Source: Alphaproteobacteria bacterium (lineage in GTDB: Bacteria; Pseudomonadota; Alphaproteobacteria; GCA-2731375). Taken from it: a DNA stretch of 64,000 bases. Positions 32,378 to 43,189 of the stretch are shown here, piece by piece. The stretch covers positions 46,538-110,537 of the forward strand of contig CBDDBZ010000021.1 of assembly GCA_965225945.1 (NCBI GenBank). The letters run 5' to 3'. The notes under the pieces are model-generated. The model saw nothing but the letters and a program-made list of their open reading frames with translations. It did not search any database and was not told the origin of the DNA. Both the position numbers and the translations under genes were made by a program. Position 1 is the first letter of the stretch, and each line of letters opens with the position of its first letter.

Positions 32378-32869
32378 GTGGGCGACATCGCTGCACGCGT
32401 CCGCACGCTTCTCGAGGCGTCCGGCCTCGACTTCGAAATCATCGCCTGCGATCCCGAGCTGGCGGATACCGCCATCTTCTGCGCCCACTACGGCTATGCG
32501 CCGGAGGAGAGTGCCAACACCATCATCGTCCGCTCCAAGACCGGCGAGGTACGCTACGCCGCCTGTGTCGTGCTGGCGACGACTCGGCTCGACGTCAACA
32601 AGACCGTCCGCAAGCGGCTGGAGGCGGGCAAGGCCTCCTTCGCCTCCGCCGAGGAAACCCGCGAGATGACCGGCATGGAGATCGGCGGCGTTACGCCATT
32701 CTGTCTGCCGGAGGGGCTGGCGCTCTGGGTCGATGCTCGGATCGTGGCGCTTCCCCGCGTGATCCTCGGCGGAGTGGACCGCTCGAGCAAGATCATCGTC
32801 GACCCGGCGATATTTCACCGCACCCCCGGAACCGAAATCGTCTCGAATCTGGCCCGCGCGCCCGCCTAA
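32378..32869 (+). CDS. YbaK/EbsC family aminoacyl-tRNA deacylase-like protein
   Basis: KASFASAEETREMTGMEIGGVTPF, ILGGVDRSSKI. Confidence 0.85.
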   Translation: MGDIAARVRTLLEASGLDFEIIACDPELADTAIFCAHYGYAPEESANTIIVRSKTGEVRYAACVVLATTRLDVNKTVRKRLEAGKASFASAEETREMTGMEIGGVTPFCLPEGLALWVDARIVALPRVILGGVDRSSKIIVDPAIFHRTPGTEIVSNLARAPA

Positions 32870-33091
32870 TCCGACCGCGCGTCCCCACGCCGTCGAGGCG
32901 ACATTCGTCGCGCGAGCACACAAGCTCGAAACATGTCCGCCTGGGCCTGATCTCGTCCTTGGGCGGCATGTTGCCGCTGCCCCCGAGGTCGGTCTCGCCA
33001 AGGCAACGGAGTCACTGTCGCTGGGCGATCGCATCGGCCACGTCAACCGGGTGGTGGCGCCTGAATTCAGCGGCCGGCAAGGCGGCGAAAT

Positions 33092-33292
33092 TCAGGCGAT
33101 GATGTCGGGTTCGAGAAGATCCCCGAGCTGGGCGATCTGATCCTTCAGAATCAGCTTGCGTTTCTTCAGCCGCTGCACGCCCAACTGATCGTAAGGGCGG
33201 CTGTCGACCATCGCGGCGATGGCGTCATCGAGATCGCGATGTTCCTGCCGCAGTTCGAGCAGGCGTGTCCGCATTGCCTCGCCTTCGCTCAT
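33092..33292 (-). CDS. DUF465 (YdcH-like) protein
   Basis: LRQEHRDLDDAI...RLKKRKLILKDQI. Confidence 0.85.
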   Translation of the reverse strand: MSEGEAMRTRLLELRQEHRDLDDAIAAMVDSRPYDQLGVQRLKKRKLILKDQIAQLGDLLEPDIIA

Positions 33293-33428
33293 GCCTCCTC
33301 CAATCGGTTTCGAGCAACCGACCGATCGAGCGTATCACAAGTGATCGATCGCGTGGCGGGGCGGACTCGCAAAACGAGGTCGAAATGGGCGAAACTGGGC
33401 GCCGCGACAGAACGACGGGAGGATTCGA

Positions 33429-33605
33429 ATGACGTCGGATAGGGATGTCGAGTCGTTGCGTGCCGAACACCAAGAGTTGGAACGGCAAATCGCCGAGGAG
33501 AACCAACATCCAAATCCAAACGAATTTCGAATCAAGGAATTGAAACGCCAGAAGCTGCTGGTCAAGGATCGCATCGCCGGCCACGGACGCGATACGTCGG
33601 TCTGA
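33429..33605 (+). CDS. DUF465 (YdcH-like) protein, 58 aa, absent from the ORF track
   Basis: MTSDRDVESLRAEHQELERQIAEENQHPNPNEFRIKELKRQKLLVKDRI; GGAGG RBS. Confidence 0.8.
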   Translation: MTSDRDVESLRAEHQELERQIAEENQHPNPNEFRIKELKRQKLLVKDRIAGHGRDTSV

Positions 33606-33631
33606 AGACATCCTGCGTCGCTGGCGTCGGC

Positions 33632-34099
33632 CTACGGCTCGCCCACGGCGTGGTAGGGATGGCCGGTGAGGATCGCGTGCGCGCGGTAGAGCTGTTCCGC
33701 CAGCATCGCCCGGACGAGCAGATGCGGCCAGGTCATCGGCCCGAACGACAGTAGCAGATCCGCCTCCGCCTTGAGCGCCGGGTCCAGCCCGCCGGCGCCG
33801 CCGACGACGAAGGCGAGGTCGCGGCGGCCGGCCTCTTGCGCCGTCGCGATTTGCCGGGCGAGTTCCTCGCTCGAGAGGATGCGACCCGCCGAATCCAGCA
33901 AGATCTTCAGCGCATCCCTCGGCACGGCCTGGCGCAATTGCGCGCCCTCGCGACGAAGGCGGGCGTCGAGGGCGCGATCGCGGGCCGGCGAGATCTCGTG
34001 CTCTCGCACCTCCCAGGATAGGCGTTTTAGATAGTCGTCGACGAGCTGACGCTCGGGCCCGCGCCGCAGGCGGCCGACGGCAATGATGGCGAGGCGCAA
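33632..34099 (-). CDS. rlmH: 23S rRNA pseudouridine-1915 N3-methyltransferase
   Basis: AVGRL, FVVGGAGG, LSFGPMTWPHLLVRAMLAEQLYRA...GHPYH. Confidence 0.95.
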   Translation of the reverse strand: MRLAIIAVGRLRRGPERQLVDDYLKRLSWEVREHEISPARDRALDARLRREGAQLRQAVPRDALKILLDSAGRILSSEELARQIATAQEAGRRDLAFVVGGAGGLDPALKAEADLLLSFGPMTWPHLLVRAMLAEQLYRAHAILTGHPYHAVGEP

Positions 34100-34117
34100 G
34101 ACGCGGGCGGCCTGTCG

Positions 34118-34489
34118 CTAGACCGCGGCCAATTCCTCGGGAAGCGCCACCGACCACATCTTCTCGATGTTGTAGAATTCGCGCACCTCGGGACGGAAGA
34201 TGTGCACGATGACGTCGCCCGCGTCGATCAGTACCCAGTCGGCGCGGGCCATGCCCTCCGCCCGGCAGCGCCCATGGCCGGCGTTCCTCAGCCGTTCCAT
34301 CAGATGCGTGGCGATAGCGCCGACCTGGCGCGTCGAACGGCCGTTCGCGACCACCATGTAATCGGCGATCGGGGTCTTGCCGTCGAGATCGATGATGACG
34401 ATATCTTCCGCCTTGTCGGCATCCAGCGACTCGGCGACCAGGTCCAGCAGTATTCCAACCTCGGCTGGACGATTGTCACGTGTTTCTAT
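34118..34489 (-). CDS. rsfS: ribosome silencing factor; probable non-canonical (ATA) start
   Basis: LDADKAEDIVIIDL...IADYMVVANGRSTRQV, WVLIDAGDVIVHIFRPEVREFYNIEKMW; no ATG/GTG/TTG upstream of the conserved N-terminus. Confidence 0.9.
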   Translation of the reverse strand: METRDNRPAEVGILLDLVAESLDADKAEDIVIIDLDGKTPIADYMVVANGRSTRQVGAIATHLMERLRNAGHGRCRAEGMARADWVLIDAGDVIVHIFRPEVREFYNIEKMWSVALPEELAAV

Positions 34490-34558
34490 GACCTATGGCT
34501 CCGTGTTCTCGGCCGCTCGACCCGTCCCCACCCCCGGCTTCGAGTCCGGAGAGCCCGT

Positions 34559-35143
34559 TCAAGCGATCCATGACCTGGATTCCCGTAGCGCGGTGGCGGA
34601 ACTCGCCTCCAACCTTTCGCGGAGAAAGCACCACGCCGGCGGCGTCATCCGGATCAGCATCCTTGGCGTCCGAACACGGTAACCTCCGAAGCGGCGCGCC
34701 GCCTGTCCCGCGAGCGCGTCATAAGAATAGGGTGCGCGATCGAAGATCGCAACGGGAACCAGCGTCATCAGCCGCATCCACTCTCGCCAGCGCGGCAGTT
34801 GCACCAGGTTGTCGGCACCCATCAGCCAGACGAAGCGGTGGCGGGGAAAGCAGCGGCCGAGCGCGCGGACGGTATCGACGGTATAGCGGGTGGCGAGGCG
34901 GCTCTCGATATCGTCGACGCGAATTCGAGGATGGCCGGCGAGCGCCCGGGCCGCCTGGAGCCGGCGCTCGAGGCTGGCCATGCCGGCGGTCGGCTTCAAC
35001 GGGTTCCCTGGCGACACCAACCACCAGACCTGATCCAGCCCTAGGCGGCGAAGGGCGATCAGGCTGATGTGGCGATGCCCGGCATGGGCGGGGTTGAAGG
35101 AGCCGCCCAGCAAACCGACCTTGAGGCCCGCCATCGGACTCAA
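34559..35143 (-). CDS. nadD: nicotinate-nucleotide adenylyltransferase
   Basis: [38 protein letters not shown]. Confidence 0.95.
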   Translation of the reverse strand: MSPMAGLKVGLLGGSFNPAHAGHRHISLIALRRLGLDQVWWLVSPGNPLKPTAGMASLERRLQAARALAGHPRIRVDDIESRLATRYTVDTVRALGRCFPRHRFVWLMGADNLVQLPRWREWMRLMTLVPVAIFDRAPYSYDALAGQAARRFGGYRVRTPRMLIRMTPPAWCFLRERLEASSATALRESRSWIA

Positions 35144-36423
35144 GGTCGGATCTGGCCGTCGCCCCTGACGACGTATTTGAAGGTGGTCAATTGCTCCACC
35201 CCGACGGGCCCGCGCGCGTGTAGCCGATTGGTGGAGATGCCGATCTCCGCGCCCATGCCAAATTCGCCGCCGTCGGCGAACTGGGTGGAGGCGTTGTGCA
35301 ATACGATCGCTGAGTCGACCAGTGCGAGAAATTTCTCGGCCGCCGCCGCGTCCTCGGTGACGATGCAGTCGGTGTGGTTGGAGCCGTGGCGGGTCACGTG
35401 CGCAATCGCGCCGTCGACGCCGTCGACGACGCGGACGGCGATGATCTTGTCGAGATACTCGCTATCCCAGTCGGCCGGGCTCGCCGCCACGACGTGAGGA
35501 TCCACTCCTGCCGTCGCCGCGTCGCCCCGGACCTCGCAGCCCGCCTCCAGCAGATCGCCGACCAGCGGCGCCAGGTGACTGTCGGCCACCGCCCGATCGA
35601 CCAGCAGGGTCTCCGCCGCCCCGCAGATCCCGGTTCGCCGCATCTTGGCGTTGAGGGCGATGGCGCGGGCTTTGTCGAGGTCGGCGGCACAATCGACATA
35701 GACGTGACAGTTGCCGTCGAGATGCGCGATCACCGGCACCCGGCTTTCCCGTTGCACCCGTTCGATCAGGCCCTTGCCGCCGCGCGGCACGATGATGTCG
35801 ATAAATTCCGGCATGGCGAACAGCATGCCGACGGCGGCCCGCTCGCGGCTCGGCACGCGCTGGATGGCGGCCTCCGACAGGCCGGCGGCGACCAGGCCCC
35901 GGACCAGGCAGGCATGGATCGCCATGCTCGAAGCGAAGCTCTCGGAGCCGCCGCGCAGGATCGCCGCGTTGCCCGACTTGAGGCAGAGCGCGCCGGCGTC
36001 GGCGGTGACGTTGGGCCGGGATTCGTAAATGATCGCGATGACGCCCAGCGGCACCCGGACCCGCGAGATGCGAAGCCCGTTCGGCCGGGTCCAGCTCGCG
36101 AACTCCTCGCCCACCGGATCGGCGAGCGTCGCCACCGCCTCGATGCTGCGCGCCATGCCCTCGACCCGCTCGTCGTTCAGGAGCAGCCGGTCGAGCATCG
36201 CGTCCGAGAGGCCGCGTTCGCGCGCCTCCACCATGTCCTGGGCGTTAGCCGCGAGGATCGCAGCGACGTCGTCGCGGATCGCCTCGGCCTGGGCGACGAG
36301 AGCCTGGTTCTTAGCCTCGCTTCCGGCCTGGGCGAGTTCCGCCGCCGCCGCGCGGGCGGCGCGCCCCATGGCGGTCATGGTCTCGGCCAGGGCCTCGTCG
36401 TTCAAGCGCTCGGCGACGCTCAT
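35140..36423 (-). CDS. proA: glutamate-5-semialdehyde dehydrogenase
   Basis: [49 protein letters not shown]. Confidence 0.97.
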   Translation of the reverse strand: MSVAERLNDEALAETMTAMGRAARAAAAELAQAGSEAKNQALVAQAEAIRDDVAAILAANAQDMVEARERGLSDAMLDRLLLNDERVEGMARSIEAVATLADPVGEEFASWTRPNGLRISRVRVPLGVIAIIYESRPNVTADAGALCLKSGNAAILRGGSESFASSMAIHACLVRGLVAAGLSEAAIQRVPSRERAAVGMLFAMPEFIDIIVPRGGKGLIERVQRESRVPVIAHLDGNCHVYVDCAADLDKARAIALNAKMRRTGICGAAETLLVDRAVADSHLAPLVGDLLEAGCEVRGDAATAGVDPHVVAASPADWDSEYLDKIIAVRVVDGVDGAIAHVTRHGSNHTDCIVTEDAAAAEKFLALVDSAIVLHNASTQFADGGEFGMGAEIGISTNRLHARGPVGVEQLTTFKYVVRGDGQIRP

Positions 36424-36493
36424 GCTCGTTCTCCCTCGGCTCCGGCGATTGCCGGATCGCCCGAAACTAACATGCACCCCGGTCGCGTGACAG

Positions 36494-37630
36494 TCAGGTC
36501 AACACCAGATCGTCGCGGTGGATCATTTCGTCCCGGCCCCGGTAGCCCAAAAGTTCGGCGATCTCGTGACTGCGATGGCCGAGGATCCGGGACGCGTCGG
36601 CGGCGGAATAGGCGATCAAGCCGCGCGCCAACTCCCGGCCTTCGGAATCGCGGACGACCACGGCATCGCCCCGCTCGAAGGTGCCCTCGACGGCGCTGAC
36701 GCCCGCCGGTAGCAGGCTCTTGCCGGTCCTGAGCGCCGTCACCGCGCCGGCGTCGATGACGATGCCGCCGGTCGGGTTGAGGCTGCCGGCGATCCAACGC
36801 TTGCGGGGAGTGGTGGGCGTGACCCCGGCCAGGAACCAGGAGCCGCCGCCCGCATCGGCGCGGCGCAGCGCGTCCATCGCGCGACCGTCGGCGATCAGCA
36901 TGTGGCAACCGCCCTGCATCGCAATCCGCGCCGCCTGCAGCTTGGTCGCCATGCCGCCACGCCCCAAGCTGGTCTCGCCGGAACGTGGCTCGGAAGCGCG
37001 CGCCATCGCCTCCAACTCCGGCGTGATCTCGGCGATCTCCGGGATCTTTCGGGCCTCGGGATCGCGGCGGGGATCGGTGGTATAAAGGCCGTCGACGACC
37101 GAGAGCAGGATCAGGCAATCGGCCCCCATCATCACCGCGACGCGGGCTGCCAGGCGGTCGTTGTCGCCGAACCGGATCGCCTCCGTGGTGATCGTGTCGT
37201 TCTCGTTGATGATCGCCACCGCGCCCCGGCTCAGCAGCGCGGTCAGCGTGTCGCGGGCGTTGAGATAACGTCGCCGCGTCTCCGTCTCCTGCGCCGTCAG
37301 CAATACCAGCGCGACGGTGATGTCGTGCTTCGCCAGCGCCTCCTTGAAGGCATGCGCCAGGCCGAGCTGACCCGTGGCGGCGGCGGCCTGACTGTCCTCC
37401 AGGCGGAGCGGCCCCGGCGGGAGCCCGAGCTGGCGACGGCCCAGCGCGATAGCGCCGGAGGAGACGATCAGCACCTCCTGGCCACGGGCCCGGCGACGCG
37501 CGATTTCGGCGGCGAAGGCGGTCAGCCAGTCCGCCCGCAATCGACCGGTCTCGCCATCCACCAGCAGCGCCGAGCCGATCTTGACGATGATGCGGCCGGC
37601 CCCCGCCAGCCGGTTCAGATCGGCCGCCAC
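36494..37630 (-). CDS. proB: glutamate 5-kinase with PUA domain
   Basis: [35 protein letters not shown]. Confidence 0.97.
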   Translation of the reverse strand: MAADLNRLAGAGRIIVKIGSALLVDGETGRLRADWLTAFAAEIARRRARGQEVLIVSSGAIALGRRQLGLPPGPLRLEDSQAAAATGQLGLAHAFKEALAKHDITVALVLLTAQETETRRRYLNARDTLTALLSRGAVAIINENDTITTEAIRFGDNDRLAARVAVMMGADCLILLSVVDGLYTTDPRRDPEARKIPEIAEITPELEAMARASEPRSGETSLGRGGMATKLQAARIAMQGGCHMLIADGRAMDALRRADAGGGSWFLAGVTPTTPRKRWIAGSLNPTGGIVIDAGAVTALRTGKSLLPAGVSAVEGTFERGDAVVVRDSEGRELARGLIAYSAADASRILGHRSHEIAELLGYRGRDEMIHRDDLVLT

Positions 37631-38655
37631 GCCGCCGCCTCCTCAAATTCCGGCTGGTCCCGGCGGCGCGCCTCGCGGACGACCTCGGCGAGCCGGCGCA
37701 ACAGCGCCTCGACACCCGTCCCCGCGACGCCGGAGATCGCCTCGACTTCGCCGCCCGAGGCCCGCGCGAGCCGACGCCGTCGCGCCCGATGGGTTTCCGC
37801 ATCCAGCGCGTCGATCTTGTTGAGGGCGATGATCTCCGGCTTCCGCGCGAGGTCCTCGCCGTAGGCTCCCAGTTCGCCCCGGATCGTTCGGTAGGCCGCT
37901 TCCACATCCTCGGCGGTGCCGTCGACCAGATGCAACAGGACGGGGCAGCGCTCGACATGGCCGAGAAAGCGGTCGCCCAGGCCGGCGCCCTCGTGCGCGC
38001 CTTCGATCAGGCCCGGGATGTCGGCGACGACGAATTCCTCGCCGTCGAGATAGACCACGCCCAGGTTGGGATGAAGCGTGGTGAAGGGATAGTCGGCGAT
38101 CTTCGGATGGGCCCGGCTGACGGCGGCGAGGAACGTCGACTTGCCGGCGTTCGGCAGCCCGACCAGGCCGACGTCAGCGATCAGTTTCAGCCGCAGCCAG
38201 AGCGTGAGCTCAACCTCGGGCTGGCCGTCGTCGACGCGCCGGGGCGCCCGGTTGGTGGAGGACTTGAAATGGGCGTTGCCACGCCCGCCCCTGCCGCCCT
38301 CGGCCAGGACCGCGCGCTGGCCCACCTCGGTCAGGTCTGCGATCACGAACTCCTGGTTTTCGTCCAGGATCTCGGTGCCGACCGGCACGCGGACATAGGC
38401 ATGACGGCCGTCGGCGCCGGTCCGCCGGCGGCCCTCGCCGGGGCGACCATTGCGGGCCTTGGCGTGCTGCATAAAGCGAAAGTCGACGAGCGTGTTGAGC
38501 CCCGCCACCGCCTCGGCGACGACGTCGCCGCCGCGCCCGCCATCACCCCCGTCGGGGCCGCCGAACTCGATGAACTTCTCGCGCCGGAAGCTCATGCAGC
38601 CGTGCCCGCCCCGGCCGCTTCGGACGTAGATTTTGGCGAGATCGAGAAACTTCAT
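37615..38655 (-). CDS. obgE: GTPase ObgE
   Basis: [51 protein letters not shown]. Confidence 0.97.
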   Translation of the reverse strand: MKFLDLAKIYVRSGRGGHGCMSFRREKFIEFGGPDGGDGGRGGDVVAEAVAGLNTLVDFRFMQHAKARNGRPGEGRRRTGADGRHAYVRVPVGTEILDENQEFVIADLTEVGQRAVLAEGGRGGRGNAHFKSSTNRAPRRVDDGQPEVELTLWLRLKLIADVGLVGLPNAGKSTFLAAVSRAHPKIADYPFTTLHPNLGVVYLDGEEFVVADIPGLIEGAHEGAGLGDRFLGHVERCPVLLHLVDGTAEDVEAAYRTIRGELGAYGEDLARKPEIIALNKIDALDAETHRARRRRLARASGGEVEAISGVAGTGVEALLRRLAEVVREARRRDQPEFEEAAAWRPI

Positions 38656-38691
38656 CGCACTTGCTCGAGATGACCGTCACGGTCGGACTCT

Positions 38692-38725
38692 AAACGAAAA
38701 TGGGGGAATGGCGCGCCATTCCCCC
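38692..38725 (-). terminator. intrinsic terminator-like hairpin after rpmA
   Basis: GGGGGAATGGCGCGCCATTCCCCC followed by ATTTTCGTTT on the minus strand. Confidence 0.65.
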
Positions 38726-38749
38726 TCGACGTCGGCGCGCACGGGAGCC

Positions 38750-39007
38750 TCAGCCCATCGGCTCCACCGAGACGTAGGTCCGATCGCCGGCCCGCTTGCT
38801 GTACTTCACCTTGCCCTCGACGAGGGCGAAAATCGTGTGGTCCTTGCCGAGGCCGACATACTCGCCCGGGCGCCATTTGGTGCCGCGCTGGCGAACGATG
38901 ATGTTGCCGGGAATGACGGCCTCGCCGCCGTACTTCTTGATGCCGAGCCGGCGGCCCGCCGAATCCCGACCATTGCGCGAGCTGCCACCCGCCTTCTTGT
39001 GCGCCAT
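38750..39007 (-). CDS. rpmA: 50S ribosomal protein L27
   Basis: [16 protein letters not shown]...IIVRQRGTK. Confidence 0.98.
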   Translation of the reverse strand: MAHKKAGGSSRNGRDSAGRRLGIKKYGGEAVIPGNIIVRQRGTKWRPGEYVGLGKDHTIFALVEGKVKYSKRAGDRTYVSVEPMG

Positions 39008-39041
39008 TCCTCGGGTCCCCTCGATTTCCCTCGCCGGCGCT

Positions 39042-39359
39042 TTAGCCCGCCGCCTGGATATCGGTGACGCGGACCACCGTCAGATCCTGGCGATGGCCCC
39101 GCTTGCGCCGACTATTCTTGCGGCGCCTCTTCTTGATCATGATGATCTTCGGCCCGCGTGCCTGCTCCAGCACCGTGGCCTGGACGCTGGCACCCTCGAC
39201 CAACGGCGTTCCGACCTTGACGTCCGCGCCCTCGCCCACCATCAGGACCTGATCGAAGGTCACGTCCTCGCCGGCCCCGACGTCGAGTTTCTCGATTCGA
39301 AATACCGCGTCCTTTTCGACCCGATACTGTTTTCCACCCGTCTTGATGACCGCGTACAT
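39042..39359 (-). CDS. rplU: 50S ribosomal protein L21
   Basis: [14 protein letters not shown]...KRGHRQ. Confidence 0.98.
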   Translation of the reverse strand: MYAVIKTGGKQYRVEKDAVFRIEKLDVGAGEDVTFDQVLMVGEGADVKVGTPLVEGASVQATVLEQARGPKIIMIKKRRRKNSRRKRGHRQDLTVVRVTDIQAAG

Positions 39360-39437
39360 GGCTTCGTTTCTCTCGATCCAGGCGCCTGCGCACAACCAAC
39401 CCGTGGCGCGGCGCTACGCCGCGCGTCCAGGAGGCGC

Positions 39438-39466
39438 GGTATAAGTCGCGACCGGGCCCGTGTCAA
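39438..39466 (-). promoter_or_regulatory. putative sigma70 promoter of rplU-rpmA
   Basis: TTGACA, 17-nt spacer, TATACC. Confidence 0.6.
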
Positions 39467-39467
39467 T

Positions 39468-39527
39468 CGTCCCGGCGGCTTCCCGGCGGCTTCCCAGCAG
39501 CGTCCCGGCGGCGTCCCGGCGGCGTCG
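39468..39527. repeat. 11-bp imperfect tandem repeat C(G/T)TCCC(G/A)GC(G/A)G, about 5 copies
   Basis: cgtcccggcgg cttcccggcgg cttcccagcag cgtcccggcgg cgtcccggcgg. Confidence 0.85.
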
Positions 39528-39540
39528 CAGAGATGCCCGA

Positions 39541-40161
39541 TCAGTGGCGCAGCCGCCTGGCCTGGAGCTTGACGCCGGAAATCTTGTATTCGACCGGCTC
39601 GGCGTCCGCGTGGACGCCGGCGTCGAGCCGCCCGTGCGCCCTGGCGCTGACCAGGATCTCGCCCCGTTGCGCCGAATCCTCGCCCAGCTTGCAAGCGAAA
39701 TTCACCGCCTCGCCGAAGAGGTCGGGGCTGCGCATCGGATCGGGCGCCTCGAGCACCAGAACCTCGCCAAAATCGATGCCGATCTTGACGAAGATGTCGC
39801 GTTTGTCCTCGGTGAAGATGTTGAGCATGTCGAGGGCGGAATTGATGGCGACGGCCGCCTCGACCGCCGGCCCGGCGTCCTCGAAGATCGCGAAGACGTT
39901 GTCCGCCTCGAACTTGATCACCTTGCCGCCATGCTTTTCGATGATCGGATGGGCCACTCGGTTCATCCGGCGAATGAGCGAGAGATAGAAGACGATGCCG
40001 TGACGCCGCGTGGCGAGGGAGAAGCCGCTCATGTCGAGGATCAACACAGCGCGATCGACGGCGAAGCGTGACTTGATCCCGGTCTCGATCCTGGGCCGAT
40101 CGTCGTCACCCGCCCGATCATAGGCGTCGAGCAGATTCAGAATTTCAACGTTGTCGCTCAT
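39541..40161 (-). CDS. class III adenylate/guanylate cyclase domain protein
   Basis: [37 protein letters not shown]. Confidence 0.85.
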   Translation of the reverse strand: MSDNVEILNLLDAYDRAGDDDRPRIETGIKSRFAVDRAVLILDMSGFSLATRRHGIVFYLSLIRRMNRVAHPIIEKHGGKVIKFEADNVFAIFEDAGPAVEAAVAINSALDMLNIFTEDKRDIFVKIGIDFGEVLVLEAPDPMRSPDLFGEAVNFACKLGEDSAQRGEILVSARAHGRLDAGVHADAEPVEYKISGVKLQARRLRH

Positions 40162-40200
40162 CGCTCCCCCGTCGCGCGATCCGACAGCGCCCGCCGGGCC

Positions 40201-41076
40201 TCACTCCGCCGCCGAGCGCGCCTCCGCCAGCAGGCGATCGGATTCGAGCTGATAGCGCGGCGTCTCGTCGCGCGGCGCCCGTTCATCGCCCCCGTCCGCC
40301 CGCATCTCGTCGGCCTTCCAGCCCTCGTCCTCCGCCCAGCGCCGGTCGAGATCGATGATCCGGCCCGGTCGCTCGAAGCTCGGCCACGCCTCCAGTGCGG
40401 CGCGTAGAAGCGCCAATTGATCGGCCGGATCGAACGGCTTGCCGGTGGTGTGCCCCAAGGGATAATCGACGAAGACCGCGCGCGGCGGCCGGCCGGCCTC
40501 GATGATGTCACGGGCACTGACGATTGCGAGGGTGGGGATGCCCCGGGCTTCCAGATGGCGCGCGACCAGACTCACGGTCTGGTGGCAGACCGGTCACAAC
40601 GGCACCAGCAGGGCGACATCCACCGCCTGCGCGACGAAGGCCGCCTCGATCGCCGGGACCAGCTCGTCGCGCGTGCGGCGCTGCGAATAGATCCCGCCCA
40701 TGCACGAGAGATGGTCCTCGGCGAGCGCCCCGATCACGCCTTCCTCGGCCAGGCGGGCGAGCGGGGTCATGGGAAAGACGCAGTTCGGATCCGGCCGGGC
40801 ATCGGGTAGATAGTTCTCCGTGATGTGGGAGAAGCGCATGTCGGCCGGATCGGTGTCCCGGGGGATGCGGCGCATCGAGGTGTCGTCCTTATAGAAGAAA
40901 GCGACCTGGCCAACGGCATAGGCGCCCGCCGTCGACAGCATGCCGAGGCGCGAGTCGGACAGCGGCTTGGCAAGCGGCGTCAGCACGCCGTCGTCCTCGG
41001 CATGATACCAGGCGTAAGCTCGGTAGCCGAGTCGCCGGTAGCGCTCCGTGATGGCCTTGATGTATTCGACGTGCAT
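40201..41076 (-). CDS. GrdB/PrdB-like reductase selenoprotein (in-frame UGA, UxxC)
   Basis: Two consecutive same-frame ORFs joined by TGA at 40596-40594: VALLVPL-U-PVCHQTVSLVARHLEARGIPT; hairpin ACCAGAC-CGTGA-GTCTGGT 10 nt downstream. Confidence 0.8.
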
Positions 41077-41169
41077 GCCGTGGCGCCCCTCGTCGGCCTT
41101 GAATCGCCGGCATCTCACCAGATCGACCCCGGCCGTGCAAGCCGATCTCCGGATCGCCGCGTAGGCGTC

Positions 41170-42165
41170 CTACCCGGGCGCGCAGGCCCGGATTGCCGCC
41201 TCGAACACGGCCTTGGCGCCCGGCCCCCGAGCGAAGGGGCTGATGATCGGCAGATCGATGCCGGAGGCGCGATAGGCTTCTATCCGTTCCTTGCACTCCT
41301 CCGACCGCCCGGCGAGGCTGGTGGCGGCGACCATCTCGTCGCTGACCGCGCTGATCGCGTCCCGCCGGTCGCCCCGCGCCCAGGCCTCGGCGATCGCCGC
41401 CGCCTCGGCCTCGAAACCGTGCTCGGCTAAAAGCCTATTGTAACGCGGGAAGAAGCCGGCATAGAGCGCCAGGCCCGGGCGCATCATGTCGAGCGCCTCG
41501 GCCCGATCCTCGGCGACGACGGTCGGCAGGAGAGAGGTGATTTCGATTCCCGAACCATCCCGCCCGACGCGGGCCGCGCCCTCGGCCAATTGCGCCCGCA
41601 CCGTGCCGCCGGTGTCGAGGCTGCTCCGGGTCAAGATGATGCCGTCGGCGATCTCGCCCACCACACCGATCATCTTGGCGAAGACGGCGGCGGCGTAGAT
41701 CGGAACTTCGCGGCGAAGCGGCTGGAACCAAAGGTCGAAACTCTCGATTTTGACGGTCTCGCCCAAGTATCGTGCTTCGCCGTCGCGCAGCAGCGCGCGG
41801 ACCACCTCGATGGTCTCGCGCACCCGGGTGACCGGTTTGGCGTAGGCGACGCCGTGTTCCGGCACCACCTGCACCTTGTGGCTGCTTCCGAGGCCGAGCA
41901 CGAAGCGCCCGCCCGAGAGCTGATCGAGGGTGGCCGTCGCCATCGCGATGGTCGGCGCGGTGCGAACGAAAACGCTGCTGATCGCGGTGCCAAGGCGAAT
42001 GCGCGAGGTGAGCGTGGCGGCGGCGGCGAGGACCGCGAACTGATCACCGCCGTGGCCCTCCGCAGCCCAGGCCGAATCGTAGCCGAGCGATTCCGCGAGG
42101 CGGATACATTCGATGATCTCGCTCGCGTTGGGGCCGCCGGAAAACGCCACACCGATCCGCCCCAT
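41170..42165 (-). CDS. LLM class (F420-dependent-like) oxidoreductase
   Basis: AESLGYDSAWAAE, IRLGTAI...RTAPTIAMATATLDQLSGGRFVLGLG, GEIADG. Confidence 0.88.
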   Translation of the reverse strand: MGRIGVAFSGGPNASEIIECIRLAESLGYDSAWAAEGHGGDQFAVLAAAATLTSRIRLGTAISSVFVRTAPTIAMATATLDQLSGGRFVLGLGSSHKVQVVPEHGVAYAKPVTRVRETIEVVRALLRDGEARYLGETVKIESFDLWFQPLRREVPIYAAAVFAKMIGVVGEIADGIILTRSSLDTGGTVRAQLAEGAARVGRDGSGIEITSLLPTVVAEDRAEALDMMRPGLALYAGFFPRYNRLLAEHGFEAEAAAIAEAWARGDRRDAISAVSDEMVAATSLAGRSEECKERIEAYRASGIDLPIISPFARGPGAKAVFEAAIRACAPG

Positions 42166-42340
42166 GACGTGCTCCCTCGCTGCCGTCGAGCACCGACTCT
42201 AGCACGCGCGCCGCCGCCGGTTGACAGCCCCGGGGGGAAACGCGGATACCGGCGCGGCACGACGGCTTCGGGACGCTCGCTCTCCGGCCCCTGACGGTGG
42301 TGTTCGGCGCCGAAGTCGACGCGTCGCGCGCGCTCGCAGG

Positions 42341-43187
42341 CTAGGTCGTGGACTCATTAGCTCGCAACCAGATGCGGATGGCGGCGAGCTTGATCATGGC
42401 GAGATAGTTGGCGGCGAGCTTTTCGTAGCGTGTCGCGATGCGCCGGCAGTGCTTGAGCCGGTTGAAGAAGCGCTCGACTCGGTTGCGCTCGCGCTAGAGC
42501 GTCGGGCTGAAGGCGTGGCGCGGCTTGCGATTGCTGCGATCGGGGATGTTGGCGGCAGCGTCCTGATCCTCGATCAGTTGCCTGATCTCATCGCTCTCGT
42601 AGGCCTTGTCGGCGAGCACGAAGCAGTCCGGCTGAAGCGCCTCCAAAAGCGTCGGCGCGGCCTGACTGTCGTGCGCCTGGCCGGGCGTGAGGTCGAAGCG
42701 GAACGGCAGGCCCTGGGCATCGACCAGGGCATGGATCTTGGTCGTCAATCCACCTCGGCTACGACCCATGCAACGATCTCCGGCGTTTTTTTTGCCCCTG
42801 CCGCGTGCTGATGCACCCGCACGCTCGTGCTATCGATCATCTGCACGTTGCCGTCATAGGCCTGGACGATGGCGTCCATCAACCGGTCCCAGACACCGGC
42901 CTTGCGCCAGCGGTTGAAGCGGTTCTAGCAGGTCGTGTAGGGCCCGTAGCGCTCCGGCAGGTCGCGCCACGGCGCACCCGAGCGCAAGATCCAGAAAATC
43001 CCGTTCAGAACCCGCCGGTCGTCCACCCGCGGCACACCCCGCGGCTTGTTCGGCAACAGCGGCGCAATCACCGACCACTCAAAATCCGTCAGATCGTAAC
43101 GTCCACCCATGATCCAGCTCCCACAGTTTGGAAGCTTGAATCACATTTGCCCCAAAAAGGGAATCACTTTATGAGTACACAACCTAG
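42341..43187 (-). mobile_element. IS5-family element with an inactivated transposase
   Basis: Ends CTAGGTCGTGGACTCAT and ATGAGTACACAACCTAG; LTDFEW...LRSGAPWRDLPERYG, GRSRGGLTTKIH, ADKAY, ERFFNRLK; A-run frameshift near 42790 and TAG stops at 42925 and 42494. Confidence 0.9.
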
Positions 43188-43189
43188 TA

